Shown here: positions 1 through 10,776 of the stretch, piece after piece
How the letters are laid out: each line of letters opens with the position of its first letter
Numbering within the stretch: position 1 is the stretch's first letter
Assembly: GCA_963699155.1 (NCBI GenBank)
Contig: OY969414.1
Span: forward strand, 1,131,757-1,195,756
Direction: 5' to 3'
Origin: an uncultured Chlamydiales bacterium
Lineage (GTDB): Bacteria; Chlamydiota; Chlamydiia; Chlamydiales; JAAKFR01
Length of the DNA: 64,000 nt
Notes under the pieces: model-generated
What the model saw: the letters and a program-made list of their open reading frames with translations, nothing else
The model's database searches: none
Told to the model about the DNA's origin: nothing
Position numbers and translations under genes: made by a program

Positions 1-53
1 TCTAATCTCCAAAAAGAGAGAATTTATAAAGCGTGTTTATTTTTATTGATAGG

Positions 54-686
54 CTAAACTTTCTCGATCGGCTGGAACTGCTGTGAGGAGGGGTCGTAAG
101 CAAACATTTCGGCGGTGGCAATTTTGAAGTACCAGCCATGGAGGCGGAGAGTGCCAGCTTTTAACCGTTTGGCAACGGCAGGATAGGTGTGGAGGTTTTC
201 CAATGCAAAGAGCACATTTTCCTCGGCGGCTGCATGTAGCTTTTCCTGGTCACTCAGATGGGAATAGTTCCGTTCTATCAGTTTTTTCACAGGGGAAGCG
301 ACGTTGAGCCACTCCTGAAGATGGGGCATGCCGGCCTTTCGAGGCGGAGGTTGAAGAAGAGCTGCCATCGCACCACACTGAGAATGGCCACAGACAACCA
401 GATCACTGACGCCAAGCGTTTCGACAGCGAATTCAATAGCCGCAGCAGTTGAGTTGGTACTTCCCTTTACATTGGAGGGGGGAACAATATTACCTACGTT
501 TTTGACTACAAAGAGATCTCCCGGCTGGCTCTGCGTGATCAATTCCGCTAAGACACGCGAATCGGAGCAGGTGATGAAGAGGGTGTGAGGATTTTGACCT
601 TCTCGAGAGAGTCTGCGAAAGAGCGCTTGATATCTCCCCAGCTCATCCTGCCGGAACTTATGGATCCCTTCGATCAGCTTTAGCAT
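54..686 (-). CDS. beta-class carbonic anhydrase
   Basis: CSDSRV and CGHSQCG zinc-binding motifs, GDLFVVKNVGN. Confidence 0.93.
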   Translation of the reverse strand: MLKLIEGIHKFRQDELGRYQALFRRLSREGQNPHTLFITCSDSRVLAELITQSQPGDLFVVKNVGNIVPPSNVKGSTNSTAAAIEFAVETLGVSDLVVCGHSQCGAMAALLQPPPRKAGMPHLQEWLNVASPVKKLIERNYSHLSDQEKLHAAAEENVLFALENLHTYPAVAKRLKAGTLRLHGWYFKIATAEMFAYDPSSQQFQPIEKV

Positions 687-715
687 GCACTCGGAATTTT
701 ACAAAATTAGTCATT

Positions 716-2694
716 TTACGGCTTTACCTGAATGAAAGGTGGATAGCCCACTTCAGAGAGAATCTGCTGTGTCAGTCTCTTCACTTCCCTAAGGAATACT
801 TCTTGAGCGGCCACTGGATTGTCAGAAGAATCGCGTTTATTCAGGAGGTTTTTATAGTCCGCGCGCTCTTCGAGAGCTTTGTGCCAGGTGAGCTCTTGGG
901 CGAGAGTGTCGCAGTAGGTGTCTAGAGTGCGAAGGCCACCTCTGATTAGCTCTTCGGCAGCTTGCAAGTCTGCCTCTGTAACGGAGCTGCATCTGAAATA
1001 GAGCATCGTATCGATGACGATAGGAAGTTGAAGTCTCTCTTTGAGCATGACAGGATAGGCCAGATAGACCTCGATTTCATCGACGAAGTGAAGAGAGCGT
1101 GACTTATTTCCAGCAATTTTCTCCAGCTCGCTGAGTGCCCAGCTTCCATGACCTAGTAGATAGGCCAATCTTTTTAAATCATGAGCTTTGAGAGCTTTCG
1201 CAATCTCATGCTGCAGATCCATGTAGAGAAGAGAGAGAGCCATCCGGTCGCCGCAGCTTTCTGCAGCACCCTCAATACAGTTCAAAAAGATCTGCCTGAA
1301 ATCCTCATCAGCCTCTGCATGGACAATAGCTTCATAAATCACACGCGCCAGCTGTTGCCGTTTAGTTTTGTAATCTCCAATCGCAGAAAGCCTACAGAGC
1401 CATACCCGCACCTTTTCTGCTTGTTGCGTGAGATGTGTCAGTTGAAGAGATTCCCTTTGGGCAGCTTGAGAGAGCTCTTGAAGCAATTGATCCAGAGAAC
1501 GCTCTTCAGTGCTTCTCGCTTCATACATCGAAAACTCAATGCGAGGGCCACGATAGTCAAGAGCGCTTGTAACCTGTTGGAGATTGACGATGACATGTGA
1601 GGAGAGAGGATTAGCTGTTATGTCTATATCAGCTCTTGATAGAGATAAAATTTCTTCAGGAAGAGAACTGAGTTGATTGCTGTCCAGGAGCAGCTTGGTT
1701 AATTGAGTGAGTTCTCCAATTTGAGAGGGCAGAGAGGTGAGTAGATTGCGCCTCAGGTATAACAGGGTTAATTGGATGAGTTGTCCAATCTGAGGGGGTA
1801 GAGAGGTGAATTGATTGCCGTTCAGGAATAACCCGGTTAATCGAGTGAGTTGTCCAAGTTGAGGGGGCAGAGAGGTGAGTTGATTGTGGCTCAGATATAA
1901 CTCGGTTAATTGAGTGAGTTGTCCAATCTGAGGGGGCAGCGAGGTAAGTTGATTGTGGCCCATCAATAACTCGGTTAATTGAGTGAGTTGTCCAATCTGA
2001 GGAGGCAGAGAGGTGAGTTGATTGTAGTTCAGATGTAACTGGGTTAATTGAGAGAGTTGACCAATCTCAGGGGGCAGAGAGGTAAGCTGATTGTGGTTCA
2101 GGAATAAATCGGTTAATTGAGAGAGTTGTCCAATCTGAGGAGGCAGAGAGGTGAGGCGATTGTAGTTCAGATGTAACTGGGTTAATTGAGAGAGTTGACC
2201 AATCTCAGGGGGCAGAGAGGTAAGCTGATTGTGGTTCAGGAATAAATCGGTTAATTGAGAGAGTTGTCCAATCTGAGGGGGCAGAGAGGTGAGATGATTG
2301 CTGGTCAGGAATAACTCGGTTAATTGAGAGAGTTGTCCAATCTCTGGGGGCAGAGAGGTAAGTTGATTGTGGCCCATCAATAACTCGGTTAATTGAGTGA
2401 GTTGTCCAATCTGAGGAGGCAGAGAGGTGAGTTGATTGTGGCTCAGTTTTAACAGGCTTAATTGAGTGAGTTGTCCAATCTGAGGGGGCAGAGAGGTAAG
2501 TCCAAGATTATCTAATTCTAATCTTGTAGATTGTGTTTCAAAGCAACTCAGGATCTTTTGTTTGGCCTCTTGGCGGCTACTTTTTCACCCAGGGGTGCTT
2601 CATTGACCCAATTTTGCAGACCCTGTTCTAAATTGGAAGCAGGGCTTGGGCCGCTATATACGGATGTTATAAAGGAGATAGGTTTTATGCTCAT
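716..2694 (-). pseudogene. LRR + NEL-domain E3 ubiquitin ligase (IpaH/SspH-like effector), frameshifted near its 5' end
   Basis: ORF 716..2380 has 23-aa LRRs, then NEL motifs (SCGDRMAL, DEIEVYLAY). The same frame stays open upstream to ~2585 (SRQEAKQKILSCFETQSTRLELDNLGLTSLP). An ATG at 2694 in another frame gives MSIKP...QNWVNEAPLGEK and joins it at the A5 run 2581-2585. Confidence 0.8.
1680..2510 (-). repeat. 69-bp tandem coding repeats (23-aa LRR units, about 12 copies)
   Basis: Near-identical units encoding NQLTSLPPQIGQLTQLTELxL. Confidence 0.9.
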
Positions 2695-2819
2695 TTAGTA
2701 ATGTATAATATCATTCAGATGTAAAGAAATGGTTAATTTTTAAATTTTAATGGGGAGGAAGAGCTAGTAGGGAGAAACTGCAGATAGATCAAAAAATCTT
2801 TTTAGTCTAAAAGAAGCCA

Positions 2820-3788
2820 ATGAAGCGAAAATATGTGCTGCCCGCTCTCGCTATTTTGGGGGCACTCTTAGCTCTAGTTGTTGTCTTTTTAAGTCAGAGA
2901 TCGATACCTCCTCCGCCGATACTTTTTCCTCCGCCCAGGTCGCCTTATCCCCATGCCATTGCAGCGGCGGGGACGATCGAAGCCTCTTCGCAGAATATTT
3001 CGATTGGAACTCCCTTCAACGAAGTGATCGATACAATCTATGTCGTGGAAGGGGATTATGTGAAAAAGGGAGATCTCATTTTGAGGCTCGACCTCCGTGC
3101 CTTTGAAGCGGCCCTGGCGAGTGCTACAGCTTCTTTGAATGAGGCCAAGGTGGCGCAAGAGAATGCGCAGGTACAGCTCTCCTTTTATGAAAGGCTCCAA
3201 AATCGGTCGGCTGCAAGTGAATCTGCCTATCAAACTGCCCGTTACAACTATCTGGAGGCGGTTGAGAATGTCAAGATAGCGGATGCGAATGTAAAAGTAG
3301 CAGAAGCCAATATCGAGCGCTCCATCATTCGAGCACCCGTCGATGGGCAGATTTTACAGGTGAATGCCCATATCGGTGAGATCGCCCCCGTGGTCCCTTT
3401 TATCTCAGCCCAATCTACCTGGTTGACAGCGGCCAATGGTACACTGATCTTGATGGGAACGGTAAGTCCTCTGCAGATGAGGATCGATATCGATGAAGAA
3501 AGCTCTTGGCGCTATAGAGAGGGGGCGAGAGCGACCGCTTTTGTGAGGGGAAATAGCACCATCTCTTTTCCACTCACATTTCTTCGTATTGAACCCTACA
3601 TCATCCCCAAAAGTTCTTTTACGGGACAAACGATCGAACGGGTCGATACCCGCGTTTTGCAAGTACTCTATGATTTTGAAAAAGGAGACCTACCCGTTTT
3701 TCCAGGGCAAGTTTTAGATATTTTTATCGAATCGGAACCGATAAGCAATTTTGTTTGGCATGAAAAAAATCCTCCTGATCACTCTTAG
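2820..3788 (+). CDS. efflux periplasmic adaptor (HlyD/DevB-like membrane fusion protein)
   Basis: N-terminal TM anchor, lipoyl-like halves VVEGDYVKKGD and IRAPVDG, coiled-coil hairpin. Confidence 0.9.
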   Translation: MKRKYVLPALAILGALLALVVVFLSQRSIPPPPILFPPPRSPYPHAIAAAGTIEASSQNISIGTPFNEVIDTIYVVEGDYVKKGDLILRLDLRAFEAALASATASLNEAKVAQENAQVQLSFYERLQNRSAASESAYQTARYNYLEAVENVKIADANVKVAEANIERSIIRAPVDGQILQVNAHIGEIAPVVPFISAQSTWLTAANGTLILMGTVSPLQMRIDIDEESSWRYREGARATAFVRGNSTISFPLTFLRIEPYIIPKSSFTGQTIERVDTRVLQVLYDFEKGDLPVFPGQVLDIFIESEPISNFVWHEKNPPDHS

Positions 3789-5241
3789 CCTATTGTTACT
3801 CTCAGGATGCCTGGTAGGTCCCCGTTATCGCCCCCCTAACGAGCCGATGCCTCTCGCCTTTAACGAAAATCGGGAAGTTGAGCCAGATCCTAATGTCGAT
3901 GAAGATCTCGCCCACTGGTGGACCTTTTTCAACGACCCCTTTCTGGATGAGCTCCTGAGAGAGAGTTTGGCAGGCAGTTTTGATTTGCGGATCGCGGTGG
4001 AAAAGGTCTGTCAGGCAAGGGCAGCCTTCTACGTTTCTGTGGCAGGGATTTTTCCTGAGTTTGACTTCAGTGGCGTCGCTTCAAGGTCGCGCACCAGCAA
4101 AAATTTAACGACGACCTCTCGATCGGCACCTTCGGCATTACAAATTAACGTTCCTCCCATACAGAGCTTCTACGAAATAAGTATCGATGCCGTTTGGCAA
4201 ATCGATCTTTTTGGTGCCCTCAGAAGAACGGCAAGAGCTGCCTATTTTACCTGGCAGTCCACAGCTGAGGATGCGCGCAATGCCCGGATCATTTTATTGA
4301 GCGAAGTGGCCACTACCTATACCAATATCCGCACATTTCAACAGTTGATCGAAGTGGCCAAACAGGTTGTAGAACTCGACGAGGGTATTGTCGCATTAGC
4401 CAATGATCGTTTCCATTCCGGAATTGGGGATGAACAGGATCGTGACACAGCGATAGCCACTCTGGATACCGACCGAGCCAATCTTCTGGTCTATGAAACT
4501 TCCCTGAAACAAGCCATCTATTCACTAGGCATTCTTTTAGGCTATCCTCCCGAAAACTTGGTTAACAGATTTGCGACTTCAGGCCCCATCCCTGTGGCTA
4601 TTGGGAGAATTCCTGTGGGATTACCGTCGGATCTCCTCCGCCGAAGACCCGATATCCGGAGTGCGGAGAGAAAGATTGCCGCAGCCACTGAAGAGATCGG
4701 TGTTGCTGTCGCCAATCTCTTTCCTCAGGTCTCCTTAACGGGTTCCAGTACTTCCTTTTCAGCAAACCCGCTGCAAGGAGCCAACGTGAGCTATGCAAGC
4801 AATACGATTGCTAAACTTTTGCAAGCCCCCAGCCTGTTCTGGGGAATTGGGGGATTTCTCTCCTATCCCCTATTCGATTTTGGCAAGCGGATGGAGACGA
4901 TCAAAGAGGAGGCCTCCCTCAGAAATCAGGCCTTTTTGACTTATGAAGAGACGGTCGTTTCTGCCCTACAAGAGGTGGAGAGCGATCTTGTTGCCTATTT
5001 CAACGAGGAGCTGCGGCTCGCAGCTTTAACAGAAGGAACCGAGGCCAGCAAACGTGCTTTCGATTTAACTTATGACCTCTATCAAGCTGGTCTCGACGAC
5101 TATACCCAAGTCTTGATCGCCAAAAATGTCTGGCTCACCGCGCTCTACAATTTGATCGGCAGCCAGCAAGCGCTCTCAAACGATTTGATTTCTCTCTATA
5201 AAGCTTTGGGAGGGGGTTGGGAATGTTCCTATACGCCATAA
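3760..5241 (+). CDS. TolC/NodT-family outer-membrane efflux lipoprotein
   Basis: Lipobox LSGC, LLRRRPDIRSAE, C-terminal LYKALGGGW; ATG at 3760. Confidence 0.93.
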   Translation: MKKILLITLSLLLLSGCLVGPRYRPPNEPMPLAFNENREVEPDPNVDEDLAHWWTFFNDPFLDELLRESLAGSFDLRIAVEKVCQARAAFYVSVAGIFPEFDFSGVASRSRTSKNLTTTSRSAPSALQINVPPIQSFYEISIDAVWQIDLFGALRRTARAAYFTWQSTAEDARNARIILLSEVATTYTNIRTFQQLIEVAKQVVELDEGIVALANDRFHSGIGDEQDRDTAIATLDTDRANLLVYETSLKQAIYSLGILLGYPPENLVNRFATSGPIPVAIGRIPVGLPSDLLRRRPDIRSAERKIAAATEEIGVAVANLFPQVSLTGSSTSFSANPLQGANVSYASNTIAKLLQAPSLFWGIGGFLSYPLFDFGKRMETIKEEASLRNQAFLTYEETVVSALQEVESDLVAYFNEELRLAALTEGTEASKRAFDLTYDLYQAGLDDYTQVLIAKNVWLTALYNLIGSQQALSNDLISLYKALGGGWECSYTP

Positions 5242-6377
5242 AGATGTTGGTCGGAGATCGCATCAAGTATATCAGCATCGTTGTGGGCTTAAGCTTTGCC
5301 GCGTTTATCATCAGCCAGCAATCAGCCATCATGGTAGGCATTATGAAACGCACCTTTGGCTTTGTGACCGACACCTCCCAACCCAATCTTTGGGTCGCTG
5401 ACCCTTCCGTACGCTATATCGACGATATCAAACCTTTCAAAGAGACCTATCTTTACCGCGTCAGGAGTATCGAAGGAGTTGACTGGGCGGTGCCCCTCTA
5501 CAAGGGAACCATTCAGGCACGCCTGCACAACGGAACCATTCAAACATGTATTTTGATTGGAATCGATGATGCCACCTTGATCGGAGGGCCTCCGCGGATG
5601 CTGGAAGGGAAGCTGACCGACCTGCGCATGGATCACGCCGTCATCATCGATCAGGTGGGAGCAACAACGAAACTGGCCACTACGTTAGAATCAGGAGCCG
5701 TTGTTCCCATGCGTATTGGAGATACGATGGAGCTCAATGATAACCGCGCCTATGTGGCCGGGATCTGCGAAGCCTCGCGCACCTTTCAGTCTCAGCCTGT
5801 CGTCTACACAACCTATAGCCAAGCCACCCTGTTTTCGCCGGCAGTAAGAGAAGAGCTCTCCTTTGTCATCGCTCACACAAAGCCCGGATTCGATCCAAAG
5901 AAGGTGGCGCAAGAGATCAAATCGGTGACAGGCCTCGCCGCCTACACCAGGAACCAATTTAAAAACAAAACCCTCTGGTATTACACCAAATATACCGGTG
6001 TCGTTGTAAACTTTGGGGTGGCTATCGTTATGGGCTTCATCATTGGCACGGCCATCGCTGGGCAGACCCTTTACAATTTCACGGTCGACCACCTCCCTCT
6101 CTTCGGCGTCTTCAAAGCGATGGGAGCCGATAATCGGCTGTTGGTGAAAATGATTGTCTTGCAATCTTTGCTGGTAAGTATTCTTGGCTGGGGAATAGGC
6201 ATTGGTGCAGCTGCCCTCTTCTTCTTTTTTGCTGGCCACACAGAGCTCTCCTTCAGCATGCCCCTTTGGCTCTATCTGATCAGTGCAGCTGCCATACTCA
6301 TTATCAGTATCATTGCAGCCTTTTTTAGTGTGCGTCGTGTCGTCAGATTAGACCCCGCAATCGTGTTTAAGAGTTAA
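5223..6377 (+). CDS. ABC transporter permease (DevC/MacB-FtsX type)
   Basis: N-terminal TM, large periplasmic domain, FKAMGA motif followed by 3 TMs; operon context. Confidence 0.9.
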   Translation: MFLYAIKMLVGDRIKYISIVVGLSFAAFIISQQSAIMVGIMKRTFGFVTDTSQPNLWVADPSVRYIDDIKPFKETYLYRVRSIEGVDWAVPLYKGTIQARLHNGTIQTCILIGIDDATLIGGPPRMLEGKLTDLRMDHAVIIDQVGATTKLATTLESGAVVPMRIGDTMELNDNRAYVAGICEASRTFQSQPVVYTTYSQATLFSPAVREELSFVIAHTKPGFDPKKVAQEIKSVTGLAAYTRNQFKNKTLWYYTKYTGVVVNFGVAIVMGFIIGTAIAGQTLYNFTVDHLPLFGVFKAMGADNRLLVKMIVLQSLLVSILGWGIGIGAAALFFFFAGHTELSFSMPLWLYLISAAAILIISIIAAFFSVRRVVRLDPAIVFKS

Positions 6378-6381
6378 AAGC

Positions 6382-7080
6382 ATGGACGAGAAAAAAGTTG
6401 CCGTCTTCTGTCAAGGAGTTACCAAAAGCTATGGAATAGGGACTACCCGTGTCGAGGCACTACGAGGTGTCGATCTGACAATCAATCAGGGCGAGCTTCG
6501 CCTGCTAATGGGGCCTTCAGGATCGGGCAAAACGACCCTAGTCTCGATCATTGCAGGCATTTTAACACATGATGCAGGCAAATGCCTCGTCTTTGACACC
6601 GATCTGAACCATCTCCCCGATCGCGAAAAAACCCGTTATCGCGGTAGCCACATCGGGTTTGTCTTTCAGATTTTCAATCTCATCCCGATGCTGACCAATG
6701 AGGAGAACATCTCCATCCCTCTCGTCCTTCAAGGGATCGACCGCAAAGCTGCCATAGAGAAGGCCAAAAAGCTCATGGCTGAACTTGGCCTCAGTGATAA
6801 AATAGGCATCTCCCCCACGCAGCTTTCAGGAGGTCAACAGCAACGCATCGCTATTGCGAGGGCGCTCATCCACGAACCCCCGATCATTGTTTGCGACGAA
6901 CCGACCAGCTTCCTCGATCATGTCACCGGCCAGCACATCATGGAGCTGCTCAAAAAGATTGTCCACGAGCGGAACGTAACCATCATCGTCGTCACCCACG
7001 ATCCCCGCATCGTCCCCTACGCCGACAAGGTCGACCATCTCGAAGATGGCCGCATCGTCCAGACCACTACAAATCATTAA
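6382..7080 (+). CDS. ABC transporter ATP-binding protein (DevA/LolD-like)
   Basis: GPSGSGKT, LSGGQQQR, CDEPT, VTHD. Confidence 0.95.
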   Translation: MDEKKVAVFCQGVTKSYGIGTTRVEALRGVDLTINQGELRLLMGPSGSGKTTLVSIIAGILTHDAGKCLVFDTDLNHLPDREKTRYRGSHIGFVFQIFNLIPMLTNEENISIPLVLQGIDRKAAIEKAKKLMAELGLSDKIGISPTQLSGGQQQRIAIARALIHEPPIIVCDEPTSFLDHVTGQHIMELLKKIVHERNVTIIVVTHDPRIVPYADKVDHLEDGRIVQTTTNH

Positions 7081-8203
7081 ACATACTTTTTAGCCAGATG
7101 GCAAAGAGGGGATCATCGAAGACGACTATTCCTTTGGCAGAGGCTTCTTCGTCGAGAACTTCTTTATCCTTCAATGCTTTGATTGCAGAGGCCATGGCGG
7201 CGCCACTAGAAATTTCATATTTCTCGTGTAGCTCTCGGGAAAAAATTTGTTTTGACTCAATGGCTGCCAGTCTCAAAACCCTTTGTTGGATGGGAGTTAA
7301 GGAATTGAGTAGCGTTTGATATGCGTAAGCATTTTGTCGCACAACGATCTTCAAAATCTCTTCCACTTTAGCAATAGTCACATGAGGGATACCCTGAGCA
7401 ACCAAATGAAAACAGACCATCTGTACATAATTTGGAGTATCTTGAACCAAGTTTCGTAAGTGGTCGATCGCGCTTCTTTCTGCCTTAATTCCGACTTGTG
7501 AAAAGCGTTGAATGATCCATTCGCTAAACTCTTCGCCGAAATTAGGGAATTCGATGGGCTGACAGAAGCGATATAAAGGCCTCTTGGGATTATTTAACAT
7601 ATCATAGATAACGCTTCTTCGAGATCCTGTGAAGATGAAGGAACTATTTTTCAAATGCTGCACGTGAGTCCGCAGTGTCGCTTCGAGCCAACCCTCATCG
7701 TCGATCTCAGCAATCTTTTGAAACTCATCGATGGCGACAATGATCCCTCCTTCATATTTTGCGAGTCCTGCTAAAACATTTTGAATTGCCTCTTTAACGT
7801 CTTTTTGGATGGCACTCTCTAAAGTAAAACCGACGGCGGGATAGCCTGTGTGAGAATCGATACCCGCTGACAGAGAGGGGCGGACTTTGGAGAGCGTCTC
7901 TTTGATTGAACTCATTTTACTCTGCTTTTGACGAAAGGCGCGCAGAAACTGATGCAGAAAATCGCGATGGGAGGTGATGTTAAAAACATCGACAAAGAGA
8001 GTCGGTTTATTTTCTTTTTCAAATTTTTTGAGAACACTGAGGAGAAAAGAGGTTTTCCCTATCCGTCTAGGGCCTATCAGAACAACAGGAATGGAATTTG
8101 AAAGAAATTGAGAGACAAATTGCTCTAAACCGGGCCTTGAGAGATAAAAATCACCCTGAACAGGATCACCGAATTTGAAGGGGTTGGGGGCTAGCTTTGA
8201 CAT
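7067..8203 (-). CDS. AAA-family ATP-binding protein, probably with a C-terminal winged helix
   Basis: NPFKFGDPV start, Walker A GPRRIGKTS, Walker B IDEFQ, C-terminal DPLFAIWL. Confidence 0.85.
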   Translation of the reverse strand: MSKLAPNPFKFGDPVQGDFYLSRPGLEQFVSQFLSNSIPVVLIGPRRIGKTSFLLSVLKKFEKENKPTLFVDVFNITSHRDFLHQFLRAFRQKQSKMSSIKETLSKVRPSLSAGIDSHTGYPAVGFTLESAIQKDVKEAIQNVLAGLAKYEGGIIVAIDEFQKIAEIDDEGWLEATLRTHVQHLKNSSFIFTGSRRSVIYDMLNNPKRPLYRFCQPIEFPNFGEEFSEWIIQRFSQVGIKAERSAIDHLRNLVQDTPNYVQMVCFHLVAQGIPHVTIAKVEEILKIVVRQNAYAYQTLLNSLTPIQQRVLRLAAIESKQIFSRELHEKYEISSGAAMASAIKALKDKEVLDEEASAKGIVVFDDPLFAIWLKSMFNDL

Positions 8204-8214
8204 TCTTTAATTTG

Positions 8215-8264
8215 TAACAAATCTGTTAATTATTGGCAATTCATCTTAGCTAACAAATCTGTTA
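8215..8264. promoter_or_regulatory. two identical dyad sites TAACA-AATC-TGTTA (putative operators)
   Basis: Exact 14-bp copies at 8215-8228 and 8251-8264, immediately upstream of the ATPase start. Confidence 0.6.
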
Positions 8265-8380
8265 GTTATTGAAGAGTGGAGGATTCACTGAGAGATGGGG
8301 GGGTGCAAGTGAAAATTTATCTTTAAAATTTAATTTTTATGACGTAAGATGAAGATGAGGAGTAAGATAAATACCGGGAG

Positions 8381-8632
8381 GTGTTTATGCGACTATTAAG
8401 AATGCTAGCAGTAATTGGCTTAGCAGCATACTTGGTTTTGCAAGGTCTATTTTTACTCACAGGCTTCGGCGGCGCTGTCGCTTTAGGCATTGTGGGTATA
8501 ATCGGACTCATAACCGGCGTCCTCATCTTTGTCTCTTTGGGTCACTGGTTCCGTATGGATAAAGCTGACATCAAAAGCTCAGTTGATAAAGAAAACATCT
8601 TCAACCGAGATAAAGACAGACACGCCGCATAA
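8381..8632 (+). CDS. small two-TM membrane protein
   Basis: GGAGG near the start, two hydrophobic helices; ATG 8387 is an alternative start. Confidence 0.65.
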   Translation: MFMRLLRMLAVIGLAAYLVLQGLFLLTGFGGAVALGIVGIIGLITGVLIFVSLGHWFRMDKADIKSSVDKENIFNRDKDRHAA

Positions 8633-8673
8633 GAATGCTTAGAGCGAGCGGGGGTAACGGACACATCGTGTCG

Positions 8674-10707
8674 TTACTCCCCTTTTTTTTTCTTGAGGAG
8701 TCTCTCAGAGTTCTCGACAACTTTTTCGACCGTCAAACCTAAATGTTTGAAAATCTCTTTGTAGGGCGCGCTAGCGCCGAACCGCTCGATGCCCATCGCA
8801 ATTCCCTCTTCGCCAACCCATTTCTCCTTCCATCCTAGGGGATGGGCCGCTTCGATCGAGAGGCGAGCTTTGATATGTGCAGGAAGGACCGATTCCTGAT
8901 AGTCACGCGTCTGCTGCTCAAAGAGCTCCCAGCTGGGGAAGCTCACCACTCTGGCATCGATCTTCTTTTGATGGAGCTTTTCTTGCGCTTCTAAGATCAG
9001 TTGAACCTCTGAGCCGCTTGCCATCAAGATGAGATCGGGCTGGTGCCCCTTTTCCTTCGATAAAATATAAGCCCCTTTCAAGGTATTCTCAGCACTTCCC
9101 ATCTTTTCCCGATCGAAAATAGGCACGCTCTGACGTGTCAAGATGAGCATGGTCGGCTTTTTTCTCTCTAGAGCCGCTTTCCAGGCATAGAAGGTTTCAT
9201 TCGCATCTGCCGGACGAATCAAGCACATATTTGGCATGGCGCGGAAGGAGGCAAGGTGCTCTACAGGTTGGTGGGTGGTGCCATCTTCACCAAGGCCTAT
9301 GGAATCATGCGTCATCACATAGATCAGAGGGAGTTCCATGATACAGGCGAGACGGATCGAGGGTCTCGCATAGTCGGTGAAGATGAAGAAGGTTGAGGCA
9401 AAGGGAAGAATCCCTCCATGGAGGGCTAGCCCAGAGCTGGCTCCGCACATAACATGCTCACGGATACCCCAGGCGATATTGCGATTTTCGTAGGCTCCCT
9501 TCTCGATATATTTCGAACTGGCAATCAAGGTGTCTGTTGAAGGGGCCAGATCGCCGCTCCCTCCCACCATCCAGGGTATCCTCTCAGCGAAGAATTGGAT
9601 CGCTTTTTGAGAGGCTTTTCGCGTGGCCAATGGACCATCAGCTGCTGTCAGCTGGGGTAGAGAGTGATCCCATCCTTCCGGGAGCTTGCCTTGCAAAGAG
9701 AGCTTGAGACGATTTGCAAGCAGGGGAAACTGCTGATGGTAGCTTTCGAAGAGCTTCTGCCAGGCGGCTTCGACTACTCTCCCGCGCTCTTTCATATCGC
9801 TCATATGTTCGACCACTTCGGGAGGGACATAGAATTTTTTATCGGGAGGCCAACCATAGAACTCTTTGGTGAGTTCGACCTCAGCCTCGCCCAGAGGGGC
9901 TCCATGCGCCTCTTTGGTGTCATGCTTATTAGGTGACCCGTAGGCAATGTGGGAGCGGATAATAATCAGAGAAGGGCGCTCCTTTTCGGCTTGAGCCTTT
10001 TGAATCGCCTCGCTGATCGCTTCGATGTCATTCGCCTTTTCTCCCAGGTTTTGGACATGCCAGTGGTAACCCTCAAATCGCTTGGGAGTGTCATCGGTGA
10101 AGGTGATTTCGGTCTTCCCCTCAATGGTGATGTGGTTGTCATCATAAAAGACGATCAGCTTCCCCAAACCGAGATGTCCTGCCACACTGGCCGCTTCACT
10201 CGATCCTCCCTCCATCAAATCGCCATCACTGCAGAAGACATAGGTATAATGGTCGATCAGATTGAACCCTTTTTGATTATAAACTGCCCCCAGATGGGCC
10301 TCTGCGATGGCTAGGCCGACACTATTGAGTAGCCCTTGCACAAGGGGTCCTGTGGTCGTTTCTATCCCGGGCGTCATCCCATATTCGGGATGTCCCGGAG
10401 TTTTGCTGCCCCACTGCCGGAAGTTTTTAATATCCTCTATTGTGAGGTGATACCCTGACAAGTGGAGAATGGCATACTGGAGCATCGATGCATGGCCGCA
10501 CGAAAGAATGAATCGGTCTCGATTGAACCAGTGGGGATTATGAGGATTGAAGCGCAAAAAACGCTTCCAGAGCACATAAGCCAGGGGTGCGAGCGCCATC
10601 GGCGTTCCCGGATGGCCCGAATTTGCTTTCTGGACAGCATCCATGGCCAATGTCCGTATCGTGTTAATGGTCAGCTGTTCAATGGAAATTGACTGTGTCG
10701 TTGGCAT
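8674..10707 (-). CDS. tkt: transketolase
   Basis: SGHPG, DRFILSCGH, TTGPL, DGDLMEG, THDSIGLGEDGTTHQP. Confidence 0.97.
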   Translation of the reverse strand: MPTTQSISIEQLTINTIRTLAMDAVQKANSGHPGTPMALAPLAYVLWKRFLRFNPHNPHWFNRDRFILSCGHASMLQYAILHLSGYHLTIEDIKNFRQWGSKTPGHPEYGMTPGIETTTGPLVQGLLNSVGLAIAEAHLGAVYNQKGFNLIDHYTYVFCSDGDLMEGGSSEAASVAGHLGLGKLIVFYDDNHITIEGKTEITFTDDTPKRFEGYHWHVQNLGEKANDIEAISEAIQKAQAEKERPSLIIIRSHIAYGSPNKHDTKEAHGAPLGEAEVELTKEFYGWPPDKKFYVPPEVVEHMSDMKERGRVVEAAWQKLFESYHQQFPLLANRLKLSLQGKLPEGWDHSLPQLTAADGPLATRKASQKAIQFFAERIPWMVGGSGDLAPSTDTLIASSKYIEKGAYENRNIAWGIREHVMCGASSGLALHGGILPFASTFFIFTDYARPSIRLACIMELPLIYVMTHDSIGLGEDGTTHQPVEHLASFRAMPNMCLIRPADANETFYAWKAALERKKPTMLILTRQSVPIFDREKMGSAENTLKGAYILSKEKGHQPDLILMASGSEVQLILEAQEKLHQKKIDARVVSFPSWELFEQQTRDYQESVLPAHIKARLSIEAAHPLGWKEKWVGEEGIAMGIERFGASAPYKEIFKHLGLTVEKVVENSERLLKKKKGE

Positions 10708-10776
10708 CTATCTCATCCAAATTGTTTTATTTTGCAGTATAGAATTGGGAGATAAAATGGCAACCCAATTGCTTTG

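Noticed and set aside
1680..2510. Possible CRISPR-like array
   Set aside because: 69-bp in-frame coding LRR units with no unique spacers
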